Shown here piece by piece: positions 17,597 to 27,345 of a stretch of DNA of 64,000 bases. Source of the stretch: Candidatus Geohabitans tengchongensis (GTDB lineage Bacteria; Sysuimicrobiota; Sysuimicrobiia; Sysuimicrobiales; Humicultoraceae). Under the pieces are notes generated by a model, which saw only the letters and a list, made by a program, of their open reading frames with translations, had not been told where the DNA came from and ran no database searches. Positions within the stretch are counted from its first letter, which is position 1, and every line of letters starts with the position of its first letter. Position numbers and translations under genes: made by a program. The stretch is taken from NCBI GenBank assembly GCA_031459625.1, contig JAVKIH010000002.1, positions 252,061 to 316,060 on the forward strand, written 5' to 3'.

Positions 17597-18226
17597 CTAC
17601 CTCGTCCCGTAGAGCCGGTCGCCGGCGTCGCCGAGCCCCGGCACGATGTAGCCGTGGTCGTTCAGGTAGTCGTCCACGGCGGCGGTGAAGATCTCCACGT
17701 CGGGGTGGGCGTCGTGGACCCGCCGGATCCCCTCGGGCGCCGAGATGATGGCCATGACCTGGATGGACCGGCACCCCGCCGCCTTGAGGATGTCCACGCA
17801 GGCCACCGTGGAGCCGCCGGTGGCCAGCATCGGGTCGAGGACGAGCGCGGTGCGCTCGGCGATGTCCTGGGGCAGCTTGGCGTAGTAGCGGTGCGGCTGG
17901 AGGGTGGCCGGGTCGCGGAAGATGCCGACGTGCCCGACGTGCGCCGTGGGGATGAGCCGGCTGATCCCCGCCTCCATGGCCAGGCCCGCCCGCAGGATCG
18001 GCACCAGCGCCAGCTCCTGGCCGGCGATGGTGTAGCCCTTGGCCACGGCCAGCGGCGTCTCCACCTCGAGCTGGCGGACCGGGTGGGTGCGCGTGGCCTC
18101 GTAGGCCATGAGCATGGCCAGCTCCTCCACCAGCTCGCGGAACTCCTTGTGGCCCGTCCGCCGGTCCCGCAGGATCGTCACCTTGTGCAGGATCAGCGGG
18201 TGGTCGAAGACGTGGACCTTGCGCAC
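17597..18226 (-). CDS. upp: Uracil phosphoribosyltransferase
   Basis: [28 protein letters not shown]. Confidence 0.97.
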   Translation of the reverse strand: MRKVHVFDHPLILHKVTILRDRRTGHKEFRELVEELAMLMAYEATRTHPVRQLEVETPLAVAKGYTIAGQELALVPILRAGLAMEAGISRLIPTAHVGHVGIFRDPATLQPHRYYAKLPQDIAERTALVLDPMLATGGSTVACVDILKAAGCRSIQVMAIISAPEGIRRVHDAHPDVEIFTAAVDDYLNDHGYIVPGLGDAGDRLYGTR

Positions 18227-18229
18227 GAG

Positions 18230-18676
18230 TCAGCCCCCCTCCCGCTCGGCCGCGTGCAGCTTCTCCAGGCGGCGGACGTGGCGGCCGCCCTCGTAGGGCG
18301 TCTCCAGCCAGGTGCGCACCACGTCGGTGGCCACCTCCGGGCCGACGATGCGCGCCCCCAGCGCCAGCACGTTGGCGTCGTTGTGCTGGCGGCTCAGCCG
18401 CGCCGTGGTGACGTCGTGGCACAGCGCCGCCCGGATCCCCCGCACCTTGTTCGCCGCCATGGCCTCGCCGTTCCCAGAGCCGCCCACGACGATGGCCCGG
18501 TCCGCCTCCCCGCTGGCCACCGCGCGCGCCGCCGGCAGGACCACGTCGGGGTAGTCCACCGGCTCGTCGTCGAAGGTGCCGAAGTCGATGACCTCGTGCC
18601 CCCAGGCCTCGACCAGGCGCCGCACCTGGGTCTTGAGGGCGAGTCCGGCGTGGTCGCTGGCCAGGGCGATCCTCAT
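18230..18676 (-). CDS. rpiB: Ribose-5-phosphate isomerase B
   Basis: MRIALASDHAG, DYPD, GGSGNGE, HNDANVL, GGRH. Confidence 0.95.
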   Translation of the reverse strand: MRIALASDHAGLALKTQVRRLVEAWGHEVIDFGTFDDEPVDYPDVVLPAARAVASGEADRAIVVGGSGNGEAMAANKVRGIRAALCHDVTTARLSRQHNDANVLALGARIVGPEVATDVVRTWLETPYEGGRHVRRLEKLHAAEREGG

Positions 18677-19365
18677 GGCCACCCCAGCGCCTCCTCCACC
18701 GCCCGGCGCGGGATCGCCCCCTCCCGCAGCACCCGGGGCGGGTCTTCGGTGAGGTCGACGATGGTCGACTCTCGGCCCCGCGGGGTGGGGCCGCCGTCCA
18801 GCAGCATGTCGATGCGGTCCCCCAGGCTGAAGACGACGTGCTCGGCGCGCGTCGGGGTGGGGTCGCCGTGGAGGTTGGCACTGGTCCCCACGATGGGGAC
18901 GCCCGCCAGGCGGACCAGGTTGCGCGGGATGGGGTGGTCCGGGACGCGCAGGGCCACCGTCTCCCCGCCACCGGCCACGAGGGCCGGGACGCGGCGGCCG
19001 CGCGGCAGCACCAGCGTGAGCGCCCCGGGCCAGAAGCGGGCCGCCAGCCGCTCGGCGAGGGGCGGCCGGCTGGCCGCCAGCGTCCACGCCTGCGCCACCT
19101 CCGCCACCAGCACCGGCAGCGGCTCGTCCAGCGGCCGGCGCTTCACCTCGAAGACGCGCCGCACCGCCGCCGCGTTGGAGATGTCGCACCCCAGCCCGTA
19201 GGCGGTATCGGTGGGGTAGGCCAGCAGCCCGCCCTCCTGGATGAGGCGCACGGCCCGGCGCGGCGGGTCCGGCGTGCCCCGCACGTTGATGATCACGAGG
19301 GGGCGGGGGACGTGCCGGACCGCCGGGCGGAAGGACAGCGCGTATAACGACTCCGCGGTGCTCAT
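18673..19365 (-). CDS. tsaC: L-threonylcarbamoyladenylate synthase (YrdC/Sua5 domain)
   Basis: PTDTAYGL, KRRP, WPGALT, TSAN, STIVD; ATGA overlap with prmC. Confidence 0.92.
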   Translation of the reverse strand: MSTAESLYALSFRPAVRHVPRPLVIINVRGTPDPPRRAVRLIQEGGLLAYPTDTAYGLGCDISNAAAVRRVFEVKRRPLDEPLPVLVAEVAQAWTLAASRPPLAERLAARFWPGALTLVLPRGRRVPALVAGGGETVALRVPDHPIPRNLVRLAGVPIVGTSANLHGDPTPTRAEHVVFSLGDRIDMLLDGGPTPRGRESTIVDLTEDPPRVLREGAIPRRAVEEALGWP

Positions 19366-20240
19366 GGGTTGTTGGCGCGGCGGGCGATCACCACCCGTTC
19401 GATGCCGAGCAGATCGCGCACCGTGCGGATCTCCTGGTAGCCGCCGGTCTGGGCGAAGAGTTCGATGACGGCGGGGGCCTGGCCTGCCGCCACCTCCACG
19501 GCGAGCCACCCACCGGGCCGCAGCACGTGCGGCGCCTCCTCGGCCAGCCGACGGTGGAAGGTGGTTCCGCCCCCGGGGTCGACGACGGCCAGACGGGGCT
19601 CGTAGTCGGCGATTTCCCGGGGCAGATGCCGCGCCAGGTCTGGATCGACGTAAGGGGGGTTGCTGGCCACGGCGTCGAACCGGGCGCGCTCGGCCGGGCC
19701 GATCGCCCCGAGCAGGTCGACCCGGGCGAAGGCGACCCGGTCGGCCAGGCCCAGGCGCCGCGCGTTGGCCGCCGCCACCTCCAGCGCCGCCGCGGAGACG
19801 TCCGTGGCCAGCACCCGGGCGCGCGGCAGGAAGTGGGCCAGGGCCAGCGCGATGGCGCCGCTGCCGGTGCCCACATCCAGCACACGGGGAGCGGGGTGGT
19901 CGGCCAGCACGTGCAGCAGCGCCTCCACCAGCACCTCGGTCTCCGGACGGGGGATGAGGACGCGCTCGTCGACCGCGAGCTCCAGCCCCATGAACTCCCG
20001 CCGGCCGGTCAGGTAGGGGACGGGACGGCCCTGGGCGCGCGCCTCCAGCAGCGCCCGGTAGCGCTCCCACTGCGCCGCCTCCACCGGCGCCTCCCAGGCG
20101 CGGTACAGGTCGGTGCGGGAAACCTGCAGGGCGTGGCGTAGCAGGACCTCGGCCTCCAGCCCGGCCGCCTCCACCCCGACGGCCAGGAGGTGCTCGCGGC
20201 CCATCGCCCAGGCCTCCCGGACGGAGCGGGGCGGTGGCAC
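19362..20240 (-). CDS. prmC: Release factor glutamine methyltransferase
   Basis: VLIPRPETE, DVGTGSGAIA, SNPPY; follows prfA. Confidence 0.96.
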   Translation of the reverse strand: MPPPRSVREAWAMGREHLLAVGVEAAGLEAEVLLRHALQVSRTDLYRAWEAPVEAAQWERYRALLEARAQGRPVPYLTGRREFMGLELAVDERVLIPRPETEVLVEALLHVLADHPAPRVLDVGTGSGAIALALAHFLPRARVLATDVSAAALEVAAANARRLGLADRVAFARVDLLGAIGPAERARFDAVASNPPYVDPDLARHLPREIADYEPRLAVVDPGGGTTFHRRLAEEAPHVLRPGGWLAVEVAAGQAPAVIELFAQTGGYQEIRTVRDLLGIERVVIARRANNP

Positions 20241-20247
20241 TGCCCGG

Positions 20248-21324
20248 TCAGGAGGCCAGGGCGGCGGCGCGGTCGGCGGCGGCCAGGGCGTCGATCAGCT
20301 CGTCCAGGTCGCCGTCGAGGACGCTCTCCAGGCGGTGCAGGGAGAGGCCGATGCGGTGGTCGGTGACCCGGTTCTGGGGGAAGTTGTAGGTGCGGATCTT
20401 CTCGCTGCGCTCCCCGGTGCCCACCTGCAGCCGGCGCTGGCGGGCGATGGCCTCGTGCTGCTCCCGCCGGGCGCGCTCCAGGAGGTGGGCGCGCAGGATG
20501 CGCAGCGCCTTCTCCCGATTCTGGAACTGGGAGCGCTCGTCCTGGCAGGCCACGACGATGCCGGTGGGGCGGTGGCGGACGCGCACGGCGGTCTCCACCT
20601 TGTTCACGTTCTGCCCGCCGGCCCCCCCGGCGCGGAAGGTCTCGACCTCTAGGTCCTCGGGTCGGAGCCGGACGTCCACCTCCTCGGCCTCCGGCAGCAC
20701 CGCCACCGTGGCGGTGGAGGTGTGGATGCGCCCCGCCGCCTCGGTCACCGGCACCCGCTGGACCCGGTGAACGCCGCTCTCGAAGCGCAGTCGGCTGTAG
20801 GCCCCGCGCCCCTTCACCGCGAAGACGACCTCCTTGAAGCCGCCGAGTCCCGTGGGGCTGGCCTCCAGGACCTCCACCTGCCAGCCGCGCCGCTCGGCGT
20901 AGCGGCTGTACATGCGGAAGAGGTCGCCGGCGAAGAGGGCCGCCTCCTCTCCGCCGGCCCCGGCGCGGATCTCCACGATGATGTCCCGGTGCGCGTGCGG
21001 GTCGGGGGGCAGGAGGGCCTGGCGCAGGGCGTCTTCCAGCCCGCGGGCCTCGGCCTCGAGCCGCTCCGCCTCGCCGATCGCCAGGGCCCGCAGCTCCGGG
21101 TCGGCCTCCTCGCGGGCCAGGCTCCGCGCCTCGCGGGCCTCCTCCTGGAGGCGGCGCCACCGCCGGTAGAGGGCCACGGTGGCCTCGAGGGACGCATGCT
21201 CCCGGGCCACCTGCTGGTACCGCTCCGGTGCCGCCAGGATCGCCGGGTCGGCCAGCAGCGCGGTGAGCTCCTCGTAGCGCGCCTGCAGCGCCTCCAGCCT
21301 GTTGATGACGGTCTGGTCGAGCAT
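20248..21324 (-). CDS. prfA: Peptide chain release factor 1
   Basis: [14 protein letters not shown] (PxT), [16 protein letters not shown]. Confidence 0.97.
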   Translation of the reverse strand: MLDQTVINRLEALQARYEELTALLADPAILAAPERYQQVAREHASLEATVALYRRWRRLQEEAREARSLAREEADPELRALAIGEAERLEAEARGLEDALRQALLPPDPHAHRDIIVEIRAGAGGEEAALFAGDLFRMYSRYAERRGWQVEVLEASPTGLGGFKEVVFAVKGRGAYSRLRFESGVHRVQRVPVTEAAGRIHTSTATVAVLPEAEEVDVRLRPEDLEVETFRAGGAGGQNVNKVETAVRVRHRPTGIVVACQDERSQFQNREKALRILRAHLLERARREQHEAIARQRRLQVGTGERSEKIRTYNFPQNRVTDHRIGLSLHRLESVLDGDLDELIDALAAADRAAALAS

Positions 21325-21332
21325 CTTTTCGA

Positions 21333-21914
21333 TTATACGCCGCGACCCGCCCTCCGCGTGCGCAGCCGCACCAGCCGGGTTCCCTCGACGCGCAGGCGGC
21401 CGGGAGCGCACCAGCCGGCGAGGGGGTCATGGGGGTCCCAGTCGAGCAGGAGGGCCACGGGGCCCCGGGCCTGCCCTCGCCAGTCGAGGCGCATGAGGCG
21501 CGCGGCAGCCACCCAGCCGTCCGCGGGCACCCACACCTCCACGGGCACACCGGTCGAGCCGCTTGTGCGACGGCGGCGGGTGCCGCCATCCGGCCCCCGG
21601 GGGCTGAGGGTATCCGGTCGCTCCCGCAGGACCGCTTTCTCCAACAGGGGGAGCGCCGCCAGGTCCTCCACCTGCCTGAGGTCCTCCGGTCGCACGCTGG
21701 CCTGGCGCAGGCGGTCCCGGTAGTACGGGGCCTCCGCTGCCCGCGCCACGAGCGCCCGCAGGCGGAGCAGCTGCGCGTCCCTGATGCGTTCCGGCGGCCA
21801 CCACTGGGAGGCCAGCAGGGAGCAAAGGCGGTGGAAGGTGGAATTTCCCCGGTGCCGTTCCCGCAGTGGCAGCAGAGCCCGGCGGACGAGGGCGGTGTGC
21901 AGGCCCGTGAGCAC
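21333..21914 (-). pseudogene. Truncated phenylacetate-CoA ligase/CapK-like adenylate-forming enzyme fragment
   Basis: SQWWPPERIRDAQLLRLRALV, PYYR, LAALPLLEK, TSGSTG P-loop; ORF ends at about 190 aa, well short of typical family length. Confidence 0.65.
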
Positions 21915-22123
21915 CGAGGAGATCCTACACGCCCGCGCTTGCTGGCGCGACCGGCCGGTGGGGGGAAATCGCCTCCCGCCCCGGACCTGCCTGCACCGAT
22001 GCCCAACCGGCTCTCCTGGGCGGCAGGGCGGAGACGAACCCGTCGTGGCGGAGGCACGCCAGTACACCCGGTGAGGCGGCCAGGACGCCGCCCCACTCCC
22101 GAGGCCCGGGCCCGCGGAGCCCC

Positions 22124-22330
22124 TTACGAGACCTTCAACCCGTACTTCCTGGCGAACTTCTGCACGCGGCCTTCCGCGTCCACCAGCTTGCGCTGTCCGG
22201 TGTAGAGGGGGTGGCAGCGCGAGCAGACGTCGACCCGGATCACCGCCTTCGTCGACCCTGTGACGAACGTCTCACCGCAGGCGCAGGTCACCGTGGCCTG
22301 ATAGTACTGGGGATGGATGCCCTTCTTCAT
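22124..22330 (-). CDS. rpmE: 50S ribosomal protein L31 (Zn-binding type)
   Basis: MKKGIHPQY, CACG, CSRCHPLYTG, GRVQKF. Confidence 0.97.
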   Translation of the reverse strand: MKKGIHPQYYQATVTCACGETFVTGSTKAVIRVDVCSRCHPLYTGQRKLVDAEGRVQKFARKYGLKVS

Positions 22331-22442
22331 GGTCCGACCCTCGCGTGTCCGGAATGCCTCAACCCTGAGGGGCGTCGCCGCGGACGACCCGTGCAGTATA
22401 GCACAGCTCGAGGCGCACCGGCCCGAGGCGCCCACGGGCGCC

Positions 22443-23477
22443 TCAGCGCAGGTAGCCCAGCGGGTTCACCGCCCGCCCGCGCAGCCTGACCTCGAAGTGG
22501 AGGTGGCTGCCGGTGCAGGAGCCCGTGCAGCCCACGCGCGCGATCAGCTGGCCGCGCTCAACCTGCTGTCCCTCGCGCACGAGCAGCGACGAGGCGTGCC
22601 CGTACAGTGTCTGCAGCCCGTTGCCGTGGTCGAGGATCACGGCGCGGCCGTACCCGTAGTACCATCCCGCGAAGACCACACGGCCGGCGCGGGCGGCGTA
22701 GATCGGCGTGCCGTGGGGGGCCGCCAGGTCGATGCCGTCGTGGTGACGGCGGTAGCGCCAGCCGAACCGGGAGGTGAGCACACCGCGCGTGGGCCAGGCC
22801 ATCACCAGGCGCGCCCGCACGAACCGCGGGGCGGCGGCTGCGGCCGCGGCAGTGCGGCCGGGGATGGCCAGCACCTGCCCGGGCCGGAGGCGGTGCGCCG
22901 AGGCCAGCCGGTTGGCTGCGACGAGGGCCTGGACGGTCGTGCCGTGACGTCGGGCGATGGCGAAGAGCGTGTCCCCGCGGCGCACCCGGTAGGTGACGGC
23001 GTCGCCCGCCGGACGCGCTGCAGTTGCTGAACCCGGAGGAAGCACGGTGCCCTGCCCCGCGGCATTGGCAGCCGTGCGGTTCGGCGCGCGCGGGGGCCGG
23101 GCGGCCGCGCGGCGCCCCGACGTCGGCCCGGGCGAGGCGACGGAGGAGCGGGTCGACCGGCGCCGGGTCGACGGCCCGGAGGAGGCGGAGGGAGCGGCGG
23201 GGACCAGCCCCCAGAGGACCCCTGCCGGGATGGGCACGGTGACGAGCGTGGCGATGTCCCCCTCCTGTCTGACGATCACCACGCTCCGCGATCCCTGTGC
23301 CGCGGCGGTGCCTGAGGAGACCGGGAGGGATGGCCCCGCCGACGACGGAGGTGTCCGGGCGGTGCGCTGGACGCCATCGGTGTCCGGGTCGACGAACGGA
23401 GCGGAGGAGGCCCGCGGCACGGGCGGTGCAGCCGCCAGCAGTGCGCCAAGGGCGATCCAGAGGACGCGGTGCCGCAT
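22443..23477 (-). CDS. LysM + M23 peptidase (cell-wall endopeptidase)
   Basis: Signal peptide; LysM YRVRRGDTLFAIARRHGTTV; M23 HDGID, LYGH, HLHFEV. Confidence 0.9.
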   Translation of the reverse strand: MRHRVLWIALGALLAAAPPVPRASSAPFVDPDTDGVQRTARTPPSSAGPSLPVSSGTAAAQGSRSVVIVRQEGDIATLVTVPIPAGVLWGLVPAAPSASSGPSTRRRSTRSSVASPGPTSGRRAAARPPRAPNRTAANAAGQGTVLPPGSATAARPAGDAVTYRVRRGDTLFAIARRHGTTVQALVAANRLASAHRLRPGQVLAIPGRTAAAAAAAPRFVRARLVMAWPTRGVLTSRFGWRYRRHHDGIDLAAPHGTPIYAARAGRVVFAGWYYGYGRAVILDHGNGLQTLYGHASSLLVREGQQVERGQLIARVGCTGSCTGSHLHFEVRLRGRAVNPLGYLR

Positions 23478-23663
23478 CGACGGTGGACGGCGGTAAACGA
23501 ACGATCAACGTGCCTGAAACAGGCAAAGCCCGGCCGCGGAAGGTCGTGCGCACGTGGAAACCCCCGATGTGGGCAGTGCGGGCCGGACTGACCTGCGCCT
23601 CTGGGATGGCGTCATTCGACGCTCCCGAATGGATTCCTCCTCCATTGAGGGATTTTTAGACGT

Positions 23664-23697
23664 GCGCGGCCGACGAACCTCTGTTCGCCGGCCGCGC
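23664..23697. promoter_or_regulatory. Inverted repeat containing a Gram-positive-type LexA-box-like motif
   Basis: GCGCGGCCG-A-CGAAC-CTCT-GTTCG-C-CGGCCGCGC; core CGAAC-N4-GTTCG at 23674-23687. Confidence 0.45.
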
Positions 23698-23759
23698 TGC
23701 CTCGCGCTCGCCCGCGCTCGTCCGCGCGGGCGCTCAGCAGGTCAGGCAGGGCGTGTGGA

Positions 23760-25037
23760 TCAGCTCGCGGAGCCCACCGCGTCCTCCTCCGCGCTCTTGA
23801 TGATGGAGCGCAGGAAGGCCGCGTTGTTGGGCGTGCGGCGCAGGCGGTCGAGGATGAGCTCAGTCATGGCCACCGTGTCGAGCTGCTCCAGGCTCTTGCG
23901 CAGGACCCAGACCTTGCGCAGCTCCTCGTCGGTGAGCAGCAGCTCCTCCCGCCGCGTGCCGGAGGCCTTGATGTCGATGGCCGGGAAGGTGCGCCGCTCC
24001 TGGAGCTTCCGGTTGAGGTGCAGCTCCATGTTGCCGGTGCCCTTGAACTCCTCGTAGATGACGTCGTCCATGCGGCTGCCGGTGTCGATGAGCGCGGTGG
24101 CCACGATGGTCAGGCTCCCGCCCTCCTCGATCTTCCGAGCGGCCCCGAAGAAGCGCTTCGGACGGTGCAGCGCCGCGGGGTCGAGGCCGCCGGAGAGGGT
24201 GCGGCCCGACGGGGGGATGACCAGGTTGTTGGCCCGGCTGAAGCGGGTCAGGCTGTCCAGCAGGATGACGACGTCGCGCCGCCCCTCCACCAGCCGCTTG
24301 GCCCGCTCCAGCACCAGGTCGGCCACCTGGATGTGCTCCTCGGGCGGGCGGTCGAAGGTGGAGGCGATCACCTCCGCCTCCACGGAGCGGCGCATGTCGG
24401 TGACCTCCTCCGGGCGCTCGTCCAGGAGCAGCACCATCAGGTAGATCTCCGGGTGGTTGGTGACGGTGGCCTGCCCGATCTTCTTCAGCAGCGTGGTCTT
24501 CCCGGCCTTGGGCGGGGAGACGATCATGGCGCGCTGCCCCTTGCCGATGGGGGCGAAGAGGTCCACCACCCGCGTGGTCAGGTCGCCGTCCGGCGTCTCC
24601 AGCTTGATGCGCTCGTGGGGGAAGACCGGCGTCAGGCTCTCGAAGGACGGGCGGGTGCGCGCCTGCTCGGGGTCGAGGCCGTTCACCGCCTCCACCCGCA
24701 GCAGGGCGAAGTACTTCTCGTTGTCCTTGGGCGGGCGCACCTGGCCCAGGACCTCGTCCCCCACCCGCAGGCCGAAGCGCTTGATCTGGGAGGGGGAGAC
24801 GTAGATGTCCTCGGGCCCGGGCAGGTACCCGCTGGTGCGCAGGAAGCCGTAGCCCTCGGTCATGATCTCCAGGATCCCCGAGCGGAACATCAGCCCTTCC
24901 CGCTCGGTCTGGGCCTGCAGGATGCGCATGATCAGCTCCTGCTTCCGGTAGCGGCGGAGGTTGGGGATGTTCAGTTCCTTGGCGAGCTCCTGGAGCTCGG
25001 GGAGGGTCTTGCTCTCGAGGTCAGCGATCGCGAGCAT
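23760..25037 (-). CDS. rho: Transcription termination factor Rho
   Basis: [38 protein letters not shown]. Confidence 0.98.
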   Translation of the reverse strand: MLAIADLESKTLPELQELAKELNIPNLRRYRKQELIMRILQAQTEREGLMFRSGILEIMTEGYGFLRTSGYLPGPEDIYVSPSQIKRFGLRVGDEVLGQVRPPKDNEKYFALLRVEAVNGLDPEQARTRPSFESLTPVFPHERIKLETPDGDLTTRVVDLFAPIGKGQRAMIVSPPKAGKTTLLKKIGQATVTNHPEIYLMVLLLDERPEEVTDMRRSVEAEVIASTFDRPPEEHIQVADLVLERAKRLVEGRRDVVILLDSLTRFSRANNLVIPPSGRTLSGGLDPAALHRPKRFFGAARKIEEGGSLTIVATALIDTGSRMDDVIYEEFKGTGNMELHLNRKLQERRTFPAIDIKASGTRREELLLTDEELRKVWVLRKSLEQLDTVAMTELILDRLRRTPNNAAFLRSIIKSAEEDAVGSAS

Positions 25038-25043
25038 GCATCA

Positions 25044-25715
25044 TCACACCTTGGCCTGTCGTGGTTCGACGGCGGCACGGAGCCGGGCGGCGTCCGCCAG
25101 GAAGCGCTCCTGCCCCACGTCGGTGAGGACGTGCTTGAAGAGCTGTTCCAGCACCTTGAACGGCATCGTGGCGATGGGCGCCCCCGCCAGCGCCGCCTCG
25201 GTGACGTGCAGGGGGTGGCGCAGGCTGCTGGCCAGGACCTCGGTCTCGAAGCCGTAGTGGTCCACGATGGCCACGGCCTGGCGCACCACCTCCATCCCGT
25301 CGTGCCCGATGTCGTCCAGGCGGCCGACGAAGGGGCTGACGTAGGTGGCGCCGGCCTTGCAGGCCAGCAGCGCCTGGTTGGCGGAGAAGACCAGGGTGAC
25401 GTTCACTGGGATGCCCTCGCTGCGCAGCCGCCGGCAGGCCACCAGCCCGTTGGGCGTCATCGGCACCTTGACGACGACGTTGGGCGCCCAGGTGGCGAAC
25501 TCCCGTCCCTGGCGCACCATCTCCTCCACGTCGTTGCTGCTGGTCTCCACGCTGATGGGCCCGCTGACCACCCTGGCGATCTCCTGGATTTGCGTGCGGT
25601 GGTCGCGCCCCTCCTTGGCCACCAGGGTGGGGTTGGTGGTCACCCCGTCGCACAGGCCCCAGGCGGTGGCCTGGCGGATCTCGTCCAGGTTCGCGGTGTC
25701 GAGGAAGAACCGCAT
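25044..25715 (-). CDS. fsa: Transaldolase / fructose-6-phosphate aldolase (FSA/TalC family)
   Basis: FFLDTAN, GVTTNPTL, VVKVP, YVSPFVGRLDD. Confidence 0.93.
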   Translation of the reverse strand: MRFFLDTANLDEIRQATAWGLCDGVTTNPTLVAKEGRDHRTQIQEIARVVSGPISVETSSNDVEEMVRQGREFATWAPNVVVKVPMTPNGLVACRRLRSEGIPVNVTLVFSANQALLACKAGATYVSPFVGRLDDIGHDGMEVVRQAVAIVDHYGFETEVLASSLRHPLHVTEAALAGAPIATMPFKVLEQLFKHVLTDVGQERFLADAARLRAAVEPRQAKV

Positions 25716-25726
25716 CGGCTCCGTCC

Positions 25727-26962
25727 CTACCTCCCTGTCGCCTCGATGTAGACGACGTCGCCCACCTCCGCCGGCTTGAGGAACTGGACCGCATCACCGG
25801 GGCGCAGCTCCGCCAGTGTGGCCGGGCGGTCGTTCCGGTAGACGGCATGGGCCGGGGCCACGCGGAAGGTGCGCACAGCCTTCTTGTCGTCCTCCACGGC
25901 CAGCGTGGCCGGCCGGCCGGGCTGCACCGCCCGCAGGGTGCCCTTGGTCCAGTCGTACTTGTTGAGTAGCACCATCAGGGCGTCCAGGGCCACGGCCGCG
26001 TCGGCGCGGGTGGCCGGCTGGCCCGGGCGGAAGGCCCCGTCCAGGAGCGGCAGCATCTTCCGCTCCAGGACCACGGCCACGCTGCCCCGGGCCCAGTCGG
26101 GCACCGCAGCGCCGTCCGCCGCCGCCACCTGGGCGCGCGCCCGGGCGAAGGCCTCGGCATCCAGGCCGCCCGCCCGCACGGCGAGGGCCGCCAGCTCGGC
26201 CCGGGTGACGGGCTGGCGCGGGCGGAAGGTGTTGTCCGGGTAGCCCACCACCAGGCCCTTCTGGAAGGAGAGCGCCAGCTGGGTGGGCTCCTGCTTCGTC
26301 GTGTGCACGGCCACGATCTCGTACCGCCCCACCGGGACCGGCCGGTCGTTCTGGTCGAGCTGCCGCCAGCGGGTCTGGAAGGTCAGCGACTTGCCCGCCG
26401 CGAGCGGCACCGGCTTGTCCACCGGGAGGAAGGCCCGCCCCAGCGACCAGCGCGCCACCTCGCTGCCGTCCGCCGCCTTCACGATGAAGTCGTGGAACTG
26501 CGAGTTGGCGTACTCGAAGGTGACGTCCGTCTTCCCGGTGTTGTGCACGATGAAGGTCAGCAGCACCGGCTCCTCGGGGCCGTACGCCGCCTTGTCCGTG
26601 GTCAGCGTGTAGACGATCGCCCCCTTCTTCACCTCGACCTTCGTCGCCGAGACCGTCCCCACGCCCACGGAGGCGGCCACGGCCGGCCGGGCGTCCGGGG
26701 GGATCTGGTCGAGGTCCTTGAAGGCGGGGAGCCGGGCGCTCTCCCCCGGGATCCCCAGCAGGCGCACCAGGAAGCGCACCACGTCCAGTCGGGTCAGCGG
26801 CTCCCCGGGGAGGAAGCGGTCGCCCACGCCCGCCACCACCCCCTTGGCGGCCAGGCGCTCGATGGCCCGCTGGGCCGGGTGGCCGGCCAGGTCGCTGAAG
26901 ATGGCCGCGGCCGCCTGGCTGGCCAGGCCCAGCACGATCAGGACGACGACCAGGCTTCGCAT
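25727..26962 (-). CDS. S-layer homology domain protein with inserted BsuPI-like Ig domain
   Basis: Signal peptide; SLH motifs FSDLAGH, GYPDNTFRP..VTRAE, FRPGQPATRAD; central TDKAAY...SQFHDF...RWS...WRQLDQND..VPVGRY; SD GGAGG. Confidence 0.82.
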   Translation of the reverse strand: MRSLVVVLIVLGLASQAAAAIFSDLAGHPAQRAIERLAAKGVVAGVGDRFLPGEPLTRLDVVRFLVRLLGIPGESARLPAFKDLDQIPPDARPAVAASVGVGTVSATKVEVKKGAIVYTLTTDKAAYGPEEPVLLTFIVHNTGKTDVTFEYANSQFHDFIVKAADGSEVARWSLGRAFLPVDKPVPLAAGKSLTFQTRWRQLDQNDRPVPVGRYEIVAVHTTKQEPTQLALSFQKGLVVGYPDNTFRPRQPVTRAELAALAVRAGGLDAEAFARARAQVAAADGAAVPDWARGSVAVVLERKMLPLLDGAFRPGQPATRADAAVALDALMVLLNKYDWTKGTLRAVQPGRPATLAVEDDKKAVRTFRVAPAHAVYRNDRPATLAELRPGDAVQFLKPAEVGDVVYIEATGR

Positions 26963-27345
26963 GCAGTCCTCCCTGTCCGGTCCGGCCTGACGCCCGCTGC
27001 CCGCTCCGCTCTGCCCGGCCGGCCGGGGCGAGCGCAGTCCACGCTGTGCGGCTCAGGTCACACCGTCGTTGCGGTCATGGAGAACGGCCGGCGCATCCTC
27101 GAGATCGGGCTGTCACGTCGGGGGGAGTCGGGTCGGCCGTCCGTCTGAACGTCCCCGACACCGTCGGGGCGACGATCGGTGGGACGACCGCATCAGCGGC
27201 CTCCCGGCTCTGGCCACCTCGCAAGGCGGCGCATCCTGCGGTTGCCCGGGGCATTCGCCCCGGCATCGGGTCTTTCCTGCTCAGTATACCCAACCGGCAC
27301 ACAGCCGGCCAAGAGGGTGATGCCCGCGCCGCGACGTCCGCGGCG

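Noticed and set aside
20248..21324. Programmed frameshift in the release factor gene
   Set aside because: This is RF1 (PxT motif) with a continuous frame; the frameshift is a prfB feature.
23490..23580. Possible c-di-GMP or c-di-AMP riboswitch before the M23 gene
   Set aside because: The GGCAAA-like text is on the wrong strand, and conserved cores of either family could not be found on the coding strand.
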